Below are positions 9,955 to 20,808 of a stretch of 64,000 nt of DNA, one piece after another (within the stretch, counting starts at the first letter, position 1; each line of letters begins with the position of its first letter). The stretch is from Cypionkella sp. GTDB lineage: Bacteria; Pseudomonadota; Alphaproteobacteria; Rhodobacterales; Rhodobacteraceae. The stretch is from contig JBBATJ010000005.1 of NCBI GenBank assembly GCA_040398785.1, forward strand, positions 83,717 to 147,716. Reading direction: 5' to 3'. Under the pieces are notes generated by a model, which saw only the letters and a list, made by a program, of their open reading frames with translations, was not told the DNA's origin and made no database searches. The translations under genes were made by a program, and so were the position numbers.

Positions 9955-10740
9955 ATGTTTCGCAAAATCACAATCAGCGCTGTCTCGGCACTGGCACTGA
10001 CAACGACCTTCGCCTTGGCGTCGGGCGAGGGTGGTCACACCGAGGATGTCGCCTTTAGCTTTGAAGGCCCCTTTGGATCCTATGATGAGCACCAGCTTCA
10101 GCGCGGACTTCAGGTGTTTACCGAAGTGTGCTCTGCCTGCCACGGGCTAAAGTTTGTGCCATATCGCACCTTGGGTGATGAAGGTGGACCACATCTGCCC
10201 GAAGACCAAGTGCGGGCCTATGCCGCGCAATTCACTGTGACCGACAAAGACACGGGCGAGGATCGCGCAGCGCTGCCAACCGATAACTTTGCTGCAAATA
10301 CGATGGCGGGTGCGCCCGATATGTCTTTGCTGGCCAAGGGGCGGGCAGGCTATTCGGGACCATACGGCACCGGGATCAGCCAATTGATCAACGGCATGGG
10401 TGGGGCCGAGCATATCGTTTCCATCGTGAACGGCTATACAGGCAAGGATAAAACCGAGTTTGGCGAAACGTTCTATGAAAACGTCGCCTATCCAGGCGGC
10501 TGGATCAAAATGCCACCGCCCTTGTCGGATGGTCAGGTGACCTTTGCCGATGGTCGCGAATCGACTGTGCATAATATGTCCGAGGATGCCGCGGCATTCT
10601 TGATGTGGACGGCAGAACCGCATCTGAATGCCCGCAAACAGGCGGGATTTAAGGCGGTTATTTTGTTGGGTCTGCTGGCAAGCCTGTTGTATCTAACGAA
10701 CAAGCGGCTTTGGTCGTCGGTCAAGGGACCAAAAATCTAA
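9955..10740 (+). CDS. petC: Cytochrome c1
   Basis: Signal peptide, CSACH heme motif, IKMPPPL axial Met, C-terminal TM anchor. Start at ATG 9955. Confidence 0.97.
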   Translation: MFRKITISAVSALALTTTFALASGEGGHTEDVAFSFEGPFGSYDEHQLQRGLQVFTEVCSACHGLKFVPYRTLGDEGGPHLPEDQVRAYAAQFTVTDKDTGEDRAALPTDNFAANTMAGAPDMSLLAKGRAGYSGPYGTGISQLINGMGGAEHIVSIVNGYTGKDKTEFGETFYENVAYPGGWIKMPPPLSDGQVTFADGRESTVHNMSEDAAAFLMWTAEPHLNARKQAGFKAVILLGLLASLLYLTNKRLWSSVKGPKI

Positions 10741-10748
10741 CACCTTAG

Positions 10749-10774
10749 AAACCCCGCAGAAATGCGGGGTTTTT
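10749..10774. terminator. Bidirectional intrinsic terminator between petC and thiQ
   Basis: AAACCCCGCA-GAAA-TGCGGGGTTT-TT, with A and T tracts on both sides. Confidence 0.85.
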
Positions 10775-11459
10775 ATCCCAGATATGCGCGCAAATCGGGT
10801 GGCGGGTTGGCAAACAAATCTGCTGTTTTGATCGGTGGATAGGCCAAACCTTCGTTGACAAAAACTGTCCTATCGGCAAAGCGCTGGGCGTCTTGTGGAT
10901 CATGCGTTACCATCAAAACGGCCGCGCCCCGTGCCAATTCTGTGGTTAAATCCAACATTTCGTGACGCAACGCGGGGCCAAGCGCGGAAAACGGCTCGTC
11001 CAACAGCAAAACAGGCCGCGCCCGCAGCAAGGCCCGCGCCAAGGCCACACGGCTTTGTTGCCCACCTGACAGATCCGCCGGTTTGCGCAAGCCAAACCCC
11101 GTCAGACCGACCCGCGCCAAAACCGACTCAATCTGACGGCGTTGGTGATCGCCCAACCGCAGGCGTGGCGACAGGCCCAACCCCAAATTGTCGGCAACTG
11201 TTAAATGTGCAAACAGATTGTGATCTTGGAACAAAATCGTCATCGGCCGCCCGCCCACGGCTTGGGTCGCTAAATCATTCCCATCCCACAGGATACGACC
11301 CGAGTCTGCGGCCAAAAACCCTGCAATGCCCATCAACAACGTGGATTTTCCTGCACCTGACGGGCCGATGATGGCAATCTTTTCGCCCGCTCCCACCGAC
11401 CAATCGGCGCGCAGGCGAAACCCGTCTTGGTGCAGGCACAGATGATCAAGGTGCAGCAT
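10773..11459 (-). CDS. thiQ: Thiamine ABC transporter ATP-binding subunit
   Basis: GPSGAGKS, FQDHNLF, LSGGQQSR and LLDEPF. Start at MLHLDHL (11459). Confidence 0.92.
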   Translation of the reverse strand: MLHLDHLCLHQDGFRLRADWSVGAGEKIAIIGPSGAGKSTLLMGIAGFLAADSGRILWDGNDLATQAVGGRPMTILFQDHNLFAHLTVADNLGLGLSPRLRLGDHQRRQIESVLARVGLTGFGLRKPADLSGGQQSRVALARALLRARPVLLLDEPFSALGPALRHEMLDLTTELARGAAVLMVTHDPQDAQRFADRTVFVNEGLAYPPIKTADLFANPPPDLRAYLG

Positions 11460-12933
11460 AGTGTCGCCCCCAAGCATCCAGTAAAAAAAACATCCCAGCA
11501 CTGACCAGAACAAGGATCAGCGCGACACCAGACGCCGCCTCCATGCGGTAAGCCCCCATCAGGCGTTGCACCAAAAGGGGCAGGGTGGCAGAACGTTCAT
11601 CGCCAAACAGCGCAATCACCCCCAAATCCCCCATCGACAGGGCCGCCGCCAACCCCGCCCCATATCCCAAAGGCCGCGCCAATCGCGGCAGCGCGATATA
11701 GCGCAACCATATCGAGCCCGTCAGCCCCAAAGACGCGCTAAGACGCCCATAATCGGCGTTCAATCGTTGCGCCTCGGGGGAAAGAATTCGGTATAAAAAC
11801 GGCAAGCTCATCAGCGCATTGACCAAAATCGCCATGGGCAGGGCGTGGGGGCGCAAGATCAAAAACAATCCGGTCCCCAGCACCAGCCCCGATGTCGTAA
11901 AAGGCAACATCGCACCAAAGGCGGGCCATCTGCCGCGCCCAAGCGCAAGGATCAGGCCTGCTGACACTGACAAGATCATCGCCAATATCGCCACCATAAC
12001 CGACCTACCCAACGCAGGCCAAACAGAGGCGGGCAGTTGCTGTAAGCCGCCGATACCGCGAACCATTGCCGCCACCATCGGTAAAATCAAAAACGAACTG
12101 GCAAGTAAAATTACCATCATATCAATTCCCCAGTTTCTGGGCGCAACCACCCCACCCAAGCGGCGCAAACCCCAGCCTAGGCCGCTGTCTTTGGTGAACC
12201 GCAGCACGAACACTGTGACCACAAAGCACAGGCCAAATTGCACAAAGGCCAGAACCGCCGCGCGCCCCAAATCAAATTCGAACCGCAGGGCCTGATAGAT
12301 CGACAGTTCAATCGTACTGGCGCGCGGCCCGCCGCCTAAGGTCAAGGCAATCGCAAAGCTGGTCAAGCAGATCAAGAAAATCGCGGCAAAGATACCCATG
12401 ATTTGACTGCGCAGCATCGGCAATTCCAGATGTCGAAACAGGGCGCTGGGCGGCATATTCAGGGACCGCGCCAGCATGAATCGCTCTGACGGAATCGCCT
12501 GCCAGCCTTGCAGCAAAATCCGCGTCGCCAAGGGCAGGTTGAAAAACACATTCGCCATGACCACGCCATGCAGCCCAAAAATCGAAAAGCGGGGCAGGTG
12601 CAAAAATGCCAAGGCCGCATTGATCGGCCCATTGCGGCCAAAAATACTGAGCAATCCCAAGACCGCCACAATGACAGGCAAAACAAACGGCGCAGACAGA
12701 ATCTGGATCAACAGATCCCGCCCCCAAAAGGAACGGCGAAACAGTGCCCGCGAAAGGGGAATCGCAAGCAAGGTCGCAATCCCCGCCGACAGGCCTGCCT
12801 GTAGAATCGTAAACTGAATCGCCGCCCCGTCTGACGGGGCAAGCCGCCATGCGTCGGCCCGTGTCAACAACATTGCCGCGCTGCCAAAAATTAGCGCGGC
12901 AATCCCGATGGCAAGGGCGGTGGCCAGCTTCAT
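11446..12933 (-). CDS. thiP: Thiamine ABC transporter permease
   Basis: Two-repeat hydrophobic permease; ANVFFNLPLA and SMGDLGVIALFG; lies between thiB and thiQ. Confidence 0.92.
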   Translation of the reverse strand: MKLATALAIGIAALIFGSAAMLLTRADAWRLAPSDGAAIQFTILQAGLSAGIATLLAIPLSRALFRRSFWGRDLLIQILSAPFVLPVIVAVLGLLSIFGRNGPINAALAFLHLPRFSIFGLHGVVMANVFFNLPLATRILLQGWQAIPSERFMLARSLNMPPSALFRHLELPMLRSQIMGIFAAIFLICLTSFAIALTLGGGPRASTIELSIYQALRFEFDLGRAAVLAFVQFGLCFVVTVFVLRFTKDSGLGWGLRRLGGVVAPRNWGIDMMVILLASSFLILPMVAAMVRGIGGLQQLPASVWPALGRSVMVAILAMILSVSAGLILALGRGRWPAFGAMLPFTTSGLVLGTGLFLILRPHALPMAILVNALMSLPFLYRILSPEAQRLNADYGRLSASLGLTGSIWLRYIALPRLARPLGYGAGLAAALSMGDLGVIALFGDERSATLPLLVQRLMGAYRMEAASGVALILVLVSAGMFFLLDAWGRHYAAP

Positions 12934-13907
12934 TTACTCAGCGCAGTCTGCCATTCGCTGATCGCATCGGCGCGCAAAGCTTCTGCTTCCTCGGCGGAAT
13001 AAATTAGCGATTTTGCGGGCTGGATCAGGGTTTCAAATCCCTTGGGCAGACCCGCAGCAGGCGTCCTGGCTGGATACATCCAATTGGTCGTAATCAGGGC
13101 TGATTGCGCAGAATCAGACCCTAAATAGGCCAAAAACTGATCGGCAAGGGCGGGTTGCTTGGCTGTCGCCAACTTCCCCGCCACCTCAATTTGCAGATAA
13201 TGCCCCTCCTCAAACGGTGCCGCAGACTTGGTGTTATCCGATTCCGAAATCAGGTGATAGGCGGGGGATGTGGTATAGGACAGCACCATATCCGCTTCGC
13301 CCGACAGGAACATACCATAGGCTTCGGACCATCCAGGGGTGACGGTAACGATGTTATCCGCCAGATCCGCCCATATCTTGGCGGATTGATCGCCATAGGC
13401 GGCCTTGACCCACATCAGCAAGCCAAGACCCGGGGTAGAGGCGCGCGGATCCTCAATCACGATTTTCAAATCGGATGCTGCCAATTCGACAAAGGATTTC
13501 GGCGGCGCTTTCACCTTGGTCTTATCATACACAAAGGCGAACCAGCCCCAATCATAGGGAATGAAATTCGCATCCGTAAAGGCGACGGGCAATGTGTTCG
13601 CCTGTGCCGCAACAGGCGCAAACAGGGGCCGCGCCGCCGCTGTCAGATTGGTGTCCAGACCGACAACAACATCGGCTTTGGATGCTGCGCCCTCTAACTG
13701 CAACCGCGCCAAAATCGCGGTGCCATCGACAGCCGTTTCAAATTGGACATCACAGGCACAGACCGCCTCAAATTCCTTTTCGATTAAGGGGCCAGGCCCC
13801 CATTCAGAGACAAAGCTGTCATAGGTCAAAACGGTAAGAACGGGTTTTTCCGCCATCGCACAGGTGGCAACAACAGTCAGGCCCGCAGCAAGGAGTGTGG
13901 TTTTCAT
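12930..13907 (-). CDS. thiB: Thiamine ABC transporter substrate-binding protein
   Basis: Signal peptide; LTYDSFVSEWGPGP, DPRASTPG and SYTTSPAYH. Real start MKTTLL (13907) after GGAGA. Confidence 0.95.
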   Translation of the reverse strand: MKTTLLAAGLTVVATCAMAEKPVLTVLTYDSFVSEWGPGPLIEKEFEAVCACDVQFETAVDGTAILARLQLEGAASKADVVVGLDTNLTAAARPLFAPVAAQANTLPVAFTDANFIPYDWGWFAFVYDKTKVKAPPKSFVELAASDLKIVIEDPRASTPGLGLLMWVKAAYGDQSAKIWADLADNIVTVTPGWSEAYGMFLSGEADMVLSYTTSPAYHLISESDNTKSAAPFEEGHYLQIEVAGKLATAKQPALADQFLAYLGSDSAQSALITTNWMYPARTPAAGLPKGFETLIQPAKSLIYSAEEAEALRADAISEWQTALSK

Positions 13908-13951
13908 TATAGTCTCCATGGTGCGACGGGGATCGGGAATGGAGATTTCCA

Positions 13952-14036
13952 TGACCTTCCCTCCGCCGGTATGATCCGGTTCAGGTTCAACGGGTCCGCT
14001 TGCGCATCTCAGCCGACTTAGGCACCCCGAGGTACG
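13952..14036 (-). ncRNA. TPP riboswitch
   Basis: Minus strand GGGGTGCC...GGCTGAGA...ACCCGTTGAACCTGAACCGGATCATACCGGCGGAGGGAAGGT matches the THI-box core; upstream of thiBPQ. Confidence 0.96.
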
Positions 14037-14135
14037 GATAAGGATAGGGCAATTTGGGCGACGTGCAAGAGGTGATGAAATTTTCGGTTTATCCCAATCG
14101 CGCCATCGCATATGCACAGGGAAAAGGAGCCTGCG

Positions 14136-15233
14136 ATGAACACATTCGGACATCTTTTCCGCGTCACCACTTGGGGCGAGAGCCACGGGCCAGCGATTGG
14201 CTGCACTGTGGATGGCTGCCCGCCAGGCGTGCCGTTGACCGAAGCCAATATTCAGCCATGGTTGGATCGTCGCAAGCCTGGCCAGAACAAATTCACCACC
14301 CAGCGCAAAGAACCTGATGAGGTGAAAATCCTGTCAGGTGTGTATGAGGGGCGCACGACGGGCACGCCAATTCAATTGCTGATCGAAAACACCGATCAGC
14401 GGTCCAAGGATTACGGCGACATCGCCAACAGCTTTCGTCCCGGTCATGCCGACATCACCTATCATCAGAAATATGGGCTGCGCGATCCGCGTGGGGGTGG
14501 GCGCTCCAGTGCCCGTGAAACTGCCTGCCGTGTGGCGGCAGGGGGCGTGGCGCGGCAGGTTTTGGCCAGTTTAGTGCCTGATTTGGCGATTACCGGCTAT
14601 ATGGTGCAGATGGGCGTTCGGCGCGCTGATCCCAGCCGTTACGATCTGACCACAGTCGACAACAACCCGTTTTGGTGCCCAGATCCTGTCGCGGCTGTGG
14701 AATGGGAGGCGTATTTGGACGATCTGCGCCTGTCGCATAATTCTGTGGGTGCGGTGATCGAGGTGGTGGCGCATGGTGTTCCCGCAGGTCTGGGTGCCCC
14801 CCTATATGCCAAGTTAGACAGTGATTTGGCCGCAGGCATGATGTCGATCAACGCGGTCAAGGCGGTTGAGATTGGCGACGGCATGGCGGTGGCGGGTCTG
14901 ACAGGCGTGGAAAATGCCGATGAGATTCGCATGGGGCCAAACGGCCCTGAATTTCTGTCGAACCATGCGGGCGGTATCTTGGGCGGGATTTCCAGCGGTC
15001 AGCCCGTGGTCGTCCGCTTCGCGGTCAAGCCGACCTCCAGCATCCTAACCCCCCGCCAGACGATCACCGTGTCAGGCGACGAGATTGACCTGATTACAAA
15101 AGGCCGCCACGATCCTTGCGTCGGCATCCGCGCCGTCCCCGTGGGCGAGGCGATGATGGCCTGTATTCTGTTAGACCACCTTTTGCAGGATCGCGGTCAG
15201 ACGGGCGGGGTGCGGGGGACTATAGGTCTTTGA
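14136..15233 (+). CDS. aroC: Chorismate synthase
   Basis: MNTFG...[22 protein letters not shown] and GRHDPCV signatures. Confidence 0.98.
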   Translation: MNTFGHLFRVTTWGESHGPAIGCTVDGCPPGVPLTEANIQPWLDRRKPGQNKFTTQRKEPDEVKILSGVYEGRTTGTPIQLLIENTDQRSKDYGDIANSFRPGHADITYHQKYGLRDPRGGGRSSARETACRVAAGGVARQVLASLVPDLAITGYMVQMGVRRADPSRYDLTTVDNNPFWCPDPVAAVEWEAYLDDLRLSHNSVGAVIEVVAHGVPAGLGAPLYAKLDSDLAAGMMSINAVKAVEIGDGMAVAGLTGVENADEIRMGPNGPEFLSNHAGGILGGISSGQPVVVRFAVKPTSSILTPRQTITVSGDEIDLITKGRHDPCVGIRAVPVGEAMMACILLDHLLQDRGQTGGVRGTIGL

Positions 15234-17247
15234 CCAACCGCAGCGCATCATAAATCGCGGCGTGGGTATTTCGCGCCTCAACGGCGTCGCCAATGCGGAA
15301 CAACTGAAACCCGCTTGGGCCGCCTGACAGGGTCTGCGGCGCGCCCGAAATCAGCGCGTCGTAATCCACCGCGCCAAGATTGACCGACAGCGGCTTCAGT
15401 GCGAAATACAGATCATCCAGCGGCAAGGTGCCGTGATTGACCACGATCTGATCGTAAACAGCGGTGTTCGCCAGCGCCATATAATCCGATCCAATCGTGG
15501 CGCGCAGCTGGTTGCCGTCGCGTTCCACCCCCGTCAAACGATGGGTCACGGTAAACGTCACATCCCGCCCCTGAAGTGCGCGCATATAGGGCACAAGGTT
15601 CATCGCCATGACATCAGGGGCAAAGGTTCGATCTGGGGTCATCACCTCGACATGGGCACCCGATTCGGCCAAGGCCTGCGCGGCCTGCATTGCGGTATGA
15701 TCGCCCGCATCATCAAAGATCAGGACGTTAGATCCACATTTTGCGTCACCCGACAAAATATCCCACGCCGAAATCGTCAGTTCATTGCCAAAATCCAAAA
15801 TATCCTTTTGCGGCAAACCGCCTGTGGCGACGATCACCACATCTGGCGAAAGGGCAGTAATATCAGCCACTTCTGCCCAAGTATTAAAGTGAAATTCCAC
15901 CCCCCGCGCCGCACATTGTGCCATGCGCCAATCAATGATCCCAATCATCTCGGCGCGGCGTTTGGTTTTGGCGGTCAGACGGATTTGGCCGCCTGGGTCT
16001 GCCGCTGCCTCGAACACAGTCACGCGATGCCCGCGCTCTGCGGCGACCCGCGCCGCCTCCAGCCCTGCTGGGCCCGCGCCGACAACCACCAAATGACGCG
16101 CCACAGCAGCAGGCGAAATATCATGCGGCATGGTTTCTTCGCGGCCCGTGGCGGGGTTGTGGATGCACAGGGCCATGCCGCCTTGATAGATGCGGTCAAG
16201 GCAATAGGTCGCGCCGACACAGGGGCGAATGTCCTGTTCGCGGCCTTCCATAATCTTACGCATGATATGCGGATCGGCCATATGGGCGCGGGTCATGCCG
16301 ACCATATCCAATTGGCCAGACGAAATCGCATAGCGCGCCGTTGCCACATCCGCAATTCGGGCGGCGTGAAAGGTGGGCATCCCAACCTCGGCCCGCACGC
16401 GCCCTGCGAAATTCAAATGCGGCGCGGATGTCATGCCTTGGATCGGGATCACATCGGTCATCGCGGGGTCGGTGTGAATGCGGCCTTTGATGATATTCAG
16501 AAAATCGACATTACCAGAATCGCGCAGCATTTTGCCAATCGCAATGCCTTCATCGGCACTAATACCGCCCTTTTCATCCTCATCCGCCGTATAGCGCACG
16601 CCCAGCAGGAAATCAGACCCCACGCGTTTGCGGCAAGCGGCCAGGATTTCCATCGTAAACCGCGCTCGATTTTCCAGACTGCCGCCGTAAGGGGCGGGCA
16701 GGGTATTGGTAAAGGGCGACATGAATTGGTCCATCAAATGGCCGTAACATTCAAATTCCACCCCATCCAAACCTGCCTCTTTCATGCGTTCCGCCGCATC
16801 GGCGTAATCGGTGATGATACGGGCGATGTCCCAATCCTCGATCAATTTGGGAAAGGCGCGGTGGCTGGGTTCGCGGGCATGACTGGCGGCAACAGTGGGC
16901 AGCCAATCGCCTTTGTCCCAACGGGTGCGCCGACCCAGATGGGTCAGTTGGATCATCACCGCCGCACCTGCCTCGTGGCAATCATCGGCGATACGGCGCA
17001 TCCATGGCACCACCTCGTCCTTATAGGCCAGAATGTTGTTGAACACGGGCGGGCTGTCTTTTGACACCGCCGCGGATCCCGCCGTCATGGTCAGGGCAAC
17101 GCCCGCCTTGGCGCGCTCTAGATGATACAGGCGATAGCGATCCTTGGGCATACCGTCTTCGGGATAGGCGGGTTCGTGGCTGGTGGTCATGACGCGATTG
17201 CGCAGCGTCAGATGTTTCAGCTGATACGGTTGCAGCAAGGGATCCAT
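15220..17247 (-). CDS. stcD: Old-yellow-enzyme family NADH:flavin oxidoreductase; closely resembles N-methyl-L-proline demethylase StcD/HpbA
   Basis: [17 protein letters not shown]...[12 protein letters not shown]...[20 protein letters not shown] Fe-S motif, GAGPAG FAD site and [14 protein letters not shown]-terminus match my recollection of Sinorhizobium StcD. Confidence 0.85.
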   Translation of the reverse strand: MDPLLQPYQLKHLTLRNRVMTTSHEPAYPEDGMPKDRYRLYHLERAKAGVALTMTAGSAAVSKDSPPVFNNILAYKDEVVPWMRRIADDCHEAGAAVMIQLTHLGRRTRWDKGDWLPTVAASHAREPSHRAFPKLIEDWDIARIITDYADAAERMKEAGLDGVEFECYGHLMDQFMSPFTNTLPAPYGGSLENRARFTMEILAACRKRVGSDFLLGVRYTADEDEKGGISADEGIAIGKMLRDSGNVDFLNIIKGRIHTDPAMTDVIPIQGMTSAPHLNFAGRVRAEVGMPTFHAARIADVATARYAISSGQLDMVGMTRAHMADPHIMRKIMEGREQDIRPCVGATYCLDRIYQGGMALCIHNPATGREETMPHDISPAAVARHLVVVGAGPAGLEAARVAAERGHRVTVFEAAADPGGQIRLTAKTKRRAEMIGIIDWRMAQCAARGVEFHFNTWAEVADITALSPDVVIVATGGLPQKDILDFGNELTISAWDILSGDAKCGSNVLIFDDAGDHTAMQAAQALAESGAHVEVMTPDRTFAPDVMAMNLVPYMRALQGRDVTFTVTHRLTGVERDGNQLRATIGSDYMALANTAVYDQIVVNHGTLPLDDLYFALKPLSVNLGAVDYDALISGAPQTLSGGPSGFQLFRIGDAVEARNTHAAIYDALRLVKDL

Positions 17248-17355
17248 AGGGTTTCTCCTGTTTTGCTCAGCCTAGCGGGTTGGGCGGCGATCACCTGCAA
17301 AAATGCGACATCTGGATGTGAAAATAACCTTTTGTCGAACGCATAAAATTTGGGC

Positions 17356-17380
17356 GATATGATGAATGTTTGATCATATC
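17356..17380. promoter_or_regulatory. Perfect 8-bp inverted repeat (candidate operator) in the divergent stcD/ureD region
   Basis: GATATGAT-N9-ATCATATC. Confidence 0.45.
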
Positions 17381-17472
17381 CACAGCGGATCATGGCCGCG
17401 GGTCGGATTGCACATCGTCCAATATTGAACCCGAACGCCGCCGCGCCTTTGATCGGCGCAAAGGTGGAGAAA

Positions 17473-18297
17473 ATGTTCGATCAATCGGCACAGGCAACAA
17501 TGCAGCGCAGTCATGGCAAGGCCATGGTCAGCTTTGCCCTGCGCGGCGGTCAGGTGCGTCTGCGCGATCTGGCGCAATCTGGATCGGCCAAGGCGATGCT
17601 GCCCCGTGTTTGGGGTGCAGTGCCCGAAGTGGTATTTTTGAACACATCGGGCGGCCTGACGGGGGGCGATAGCCTGTCCTATCAGATGGACATCGGTGCG
17701 GAGGCGCGGATCACCGCGACGACCCAAACGGCGGAACGTGCCTATGCCAGCACGGGATTGGCCGCCGATGTGTCAGTGCGCGCCAATGTGGGGCAGGGCG
17801 GGCGGCTGGATTGGTTGCCACAAGAAACCCTGATCTATGAAGACGCACATTTGCACCGCAACACGGAAATTGATCTGGCCGAGGGGGCAAGTTGTTTGCT
17901 GTCTGAGGCGGTTGTTTTGGGCCGTCATGCGATGGGCGAGCGGCCCGTTCGGGCGCGGTTCACCGACACGCGTGTGATCCGCCGTATGGGGCGTCCTGTC
18001 TGGACGGAACGCTTACATTTTAATCCGCAGATTTTCGCACGTGCCACGGATCCCGCGATTTTGGGCGATGCACGCGCCTTTGCCATTATCGCCCTAATCG
18101 CCGATGGGGCGCAGGATTATCTGGCGCGGGTTCGCGCGATTTTGGATGAACCCGCCTGTCGGTCCGCGGCAAGCGGTTGGGATGGGCGGCTGTTGATCCG
18201 CATTATGGCGGCGGATGGATGGCCGCTGCGAAAACAAATCGCACGGGTTCTAACGGCGCTGCGAGACGCGCCTTTGCCCCGTGTTTGGCAATGTTAG
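17473..18297 (+). CDS. ureD: Urease accessory protein UreD
   Basis: [27 protein letters not shown] and WLPQETL. Start at MFDQS (17473) after GGTGGAG. Confidence 0.95.
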   Translation: MFDQSAQATMQRSHGKAMVSFALRGGQVRLRDLAQSGSAKAMLPRVWGAVPEVVFLNTSGGLTGGDSLSYQMDIGAEARITATTQTAERAYASTGLAADVSVRANVGQGGRLDWLPQETLIYEDAHLHRNTEIDLAEGASCLLSEAVVLGRHAMGERPVRARFTDTRVIRRMGRPVWTERLHFNPQIFARATDPAILGDARAFAIIALIADGAQDYLARVRAILDEPACRSAASGWDGRLLIRIMAADGWPLRKQIARVLTALRDAPLPRVWQC

Positions 18298-18307
18298 AGA
18301 GGGAATT

Positions 18308-18613
18308 ATGAACCTTACCCCGCGAGAGCGTGAAAAATTACTGATCTCTGTCGCTGCAATGGTGGCGCGGGGCCGTTTGGCGCGGGGGGTGAAACTGAAC
18401 CACCCCGAGGCGATTGCCCTCATCACCGATTTCGTCGTCGAAGGCGCCCGCGATGGCCGCACCGTTGCCGATCTGATGCAGGCGGGGGGTCATGTCATCA
18501 CTGCCGATCAATGTATGCCGGGCATCTCCGAAATGATCCATTCCGTCCAAGTTGAGGCCACCTTTCCCGATGGCACCAAACTTGTCACAGTTCATCACCC
18601 CATAAGAGGCTAA
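18308..18613 (+). CDS. ureA: Urease gamma subunit
   Basis: [11 protein letters not shown]...KLNHPEA...[18 protein letters not shown]. Confidence 0.98.
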   Translation: MNLTPREREKLLISVAAMVARGRLARGVKLNHPEAIALITDFVVEGARDGRTVADLMQAGGHVITADQCMPGISEMIHSVQVEATFPDGTKLVTVHHPIRG

Positions 18614-18614
18614 C

Positions 18615-18806
18615 ATGAAAAAGACCTTTGCCCTGATCCTTTTGCCAAACGCCGCGCTTGCCCATGCGGGCGATCATAGTCATGTGAATGTGCTGGTGCA
18701 TCTTTTGACAGAACCTGACCATTTGATGATGATTGCCTTGGCAGTGTCTGTCGTGGGTATTGCGTTGTATCGCAAACGCGCCAAACAAAAGGCTGGAAAA
18801 AAATGA
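18615..18806 (+). CDS. 63-aa His-rich single-pass membrane peptide resembling the N-terminus and TM1 of HupE/UreJ
   Basis: Signal peptide (ALA|H), [15 protein letters not shown], one hydrophobic helix and a basic tail. SD AGAGG; stop overlaps the ureB start. Confidence 0.8.
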   Translation: MKKTFALILLPNAALAHAGDHSHVNVLVHLLTEPDHLMMIALAVSVVGIALYRKRAKQKAGKK

Positions 18807-19108
18807 TCCCAGGCCAAGTTTTCCCCGCAGCGGGTTCCATTGAGATTAATGCAGGCGGTGCGACTGTCACCCTGATGGTCGCCAATACGGGCGACCGCCC
18901 GATTCAGGTGGGCAGTCATTACCATTTTGCGGAAACCAATGCGGGATTGTCCTTTGACCGCGCCTTGGCGCATGGGATGCGACTGGATATCGCCGCTGGC
19001 ACCGCTGTGCGGTTTGAACCTGGGCAATCGCGCGAAGTGCGTTTGACCCCCTATGGTGGTTTGCGGCGTGTGTTCGGCTTTAACGCCAAAGTGATGGGGG
19101 ATCTGTAA
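18803..19108 (+). CDS. ureB: Urease beta subunit
   Basis: MIPGQ...[19 protein letters not shown]...[15 protein letters not shown]. Confidence 0.98.
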   Translation: MIPGQVFPAAGSIEINAGGATVTLMVANTGDRPIQVGSHYHFAETNAGLSFDRALAHGMRLDIAAGTAVRFEPGQSREVRLTPYGGLRRVFGFNAKVMGDL

Positions 19109-20806
19109 ATGGCAACGCGCATTGCACGCGCCGATTATGCGGCGCTTTACGGGCCGACTGTGGGCGACCGCGTCCGTCTGGGTGACACCGATCTGATTAT
19201 TGAGGTCGAGCGCGATCTGACCACTTATGGCGAAGAGGTGAAATTTGGCGGCGGTAAGGTGATTCGCGATGGTATGGGACAATCGCAGATTTCCCGCGCG
19301 GGTGGGGCGGTGGATACCGTCATCACCAACGCGTTGATCGTCGATCATTCTGGGATCTATAAGGCCGATGTTGGTCTGCGCGATGGGCTGATTTATCGTA
19401 TTGGTAAGGCGGGCAATCCCGATATCCAATCGAATGTCGATATCATCATCGGTCCCAGCACCGAGATTATCGCAGGCGAAGGCCGTATTCTGACGGCGGG
19501 CGGAATGGATGCCCATATCCATTTCATCGCCCCTCAGCAGGCCGAGGATGCGCTGCATTCGGGCGTGACCACGATGCTGGGCGGCGGCACTGGCCCCGCG
19601 CATGGCACTTTGGCCACCACCTGCACGCCTGGCCCTTGGCATATAGAGCGGATGTTGCAGGCATTAGACGCCATTCCAATGAATTTCGGGATTTCAGGCA
19701 AGGGCAATGCCAGCCTGCCTGCGGGATTGGTTGAAATGGTCAACGCGGGGGCCTGCGCGTTGAAACTGCACGAGGATTGGGGAACCACCCCCGCCGCGAT
19801 TGATTGCTGTCTGTCGGTCGCGGATGATATGGATGTGCAGGTGATGATCCATACCGACACGCTGAACGAATCAGGCTTTGTCGAAAATACCTTGGCCGCG
19901 ATTGGCGGGCGCACCATCCATGCCTTTCACACCGAAGGCGCGGGCGGCGGTCATGCACCTGATATCCTGAAAGTCGTGGGGTCGGAAAATATCATCCCGT
20001 CATCGACCAACCCAACCATGCCCTATACCCGCAACACGGTTGAAGAACATCTGGATATGCTGATGGTCTGCCATCATCTGGATCGCAGTATCCCCGAAGA
20101 CGTCGCCTTTGCCGAAAGCCGTATTCGCCGCGAGACGATTGCGGCCGAGGATATTCTGCACGACATGGGCGCGCTGTCGATCCTGTCATCTGACAGTCAG
20201 GCCATGGGCCGTGTGGGTGAGGTGATTACCCGCACTTGGCAAACCGCGCATAAGATGAAGGTGCAGCGGGGGCGCTTGCAGGACGAAACGGGCGACAATG
20301 ACAATATGCGCGTGCGCCGCTATATCGCGAAATATACGATCAATCCCGCGATTGCGCATGGCATTTCGGCCTATATAGGGTCGATTTCGGTGGGCAAGCG
20401 CGCCGATCTGGTGCTGTGGAATCCAGCGTTTTTCGGCGCCAAGCCCGAGATGATCCTAATGGGTGGGATGATTACTGTGGCACAAATGGGCGATCCGAAC
20501 GGGTCTATCCCCGTGCAGCCGATGTATTCGCGCCCGATGTTTGGGGCCATGGTGCGCGGCAGTCAGGCGACATTTGTGTCGGCCGCGGCCTTGGCGAATG
20601 GGGTTAAGGCGCGACTGGGTCTGTCCAAGGATGTTCTGGCCGTTTCAGGGACACGCAATATCGGCAAAAAGGATATGCTGTTGAACAACGCGCGGCCCCA
20701 AATCGACGTGCATCCCGAAACCTATGAGGTGCGGGCAGACGGCGTTTTGCTGACCTGCGAACCCGCCGTTGAGCTGCCCCTTGCCCAACGCTATTTCCTG
20801 TTCTGA
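19109..20806 (+). CDS. ureC: Urease alpha subunit
   Basis: All Ni ligands present: HIH, KLHEDWG, IHTD, FHTEG, VCHHL flap and SSDSQAMGR. Confidence 0.99.
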   Translation: MATRIARADYAALYGPTVGDRVRLGDTDLIIEVERDLTTYGEEVKFGGGKVIRDGMGQSQISRAGGAVDTVITNALIVDHSGIYKADVGLRDGLIYRIGKAGNPDIQSNVDIIIGPSTEIIAGEGRILTAGGMDAHIHFIAPQQAEDALHSGVTTMLGGGTGPAHGTLATTCTPGPWHIERMLQALDAIPMNFGISGKGNASLPAGLVEMVNAGACALKLHEDWGTTPAAIDCCLSVADDMDVQVMIHTDTLNESGFVENTLAAIGGRTIHAFHTEGAGGGHAPDILKVVGSENIIPSSTNPTMPYTRNTVEEHLDMLMVCHHLDRSIPEDVAFAESRIRRETIAAEDILHDMGALSILSSDSQAMGRVGEVITRTWQTAHKMKVQRGRLQDETGDNDNMRVRRYIAKYTINPAIAHGISAYIGSISVGKRADLVLWNPAFFGAKPEMILMGGMITVAQMGDPNGSIPVQPMYSRPMFGAMVRGSQATFVSAAALANGVKARLGLSKDVLAVSGTRNIGKKDMLLNNARPQIDVHPETYEVRADGVLLTCEPAVELPLAQRYFLF

Positions 20807-20808
20807 TC

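Noticed and set aside
13908-14186. N-terminal extension of thiB in the ORF track
   Set aside because: It runs through the TPP riboswitch; the SD and signal peptide place the start at 13907.
17248-17472. NtrC site or sigma54 promoter for the urease operon
   Set aside because: No GG-N10-GC and no GCAC-N7-GTGC with correct spacing; GCGCC-N7-GGCGC is 2 nt too wide.
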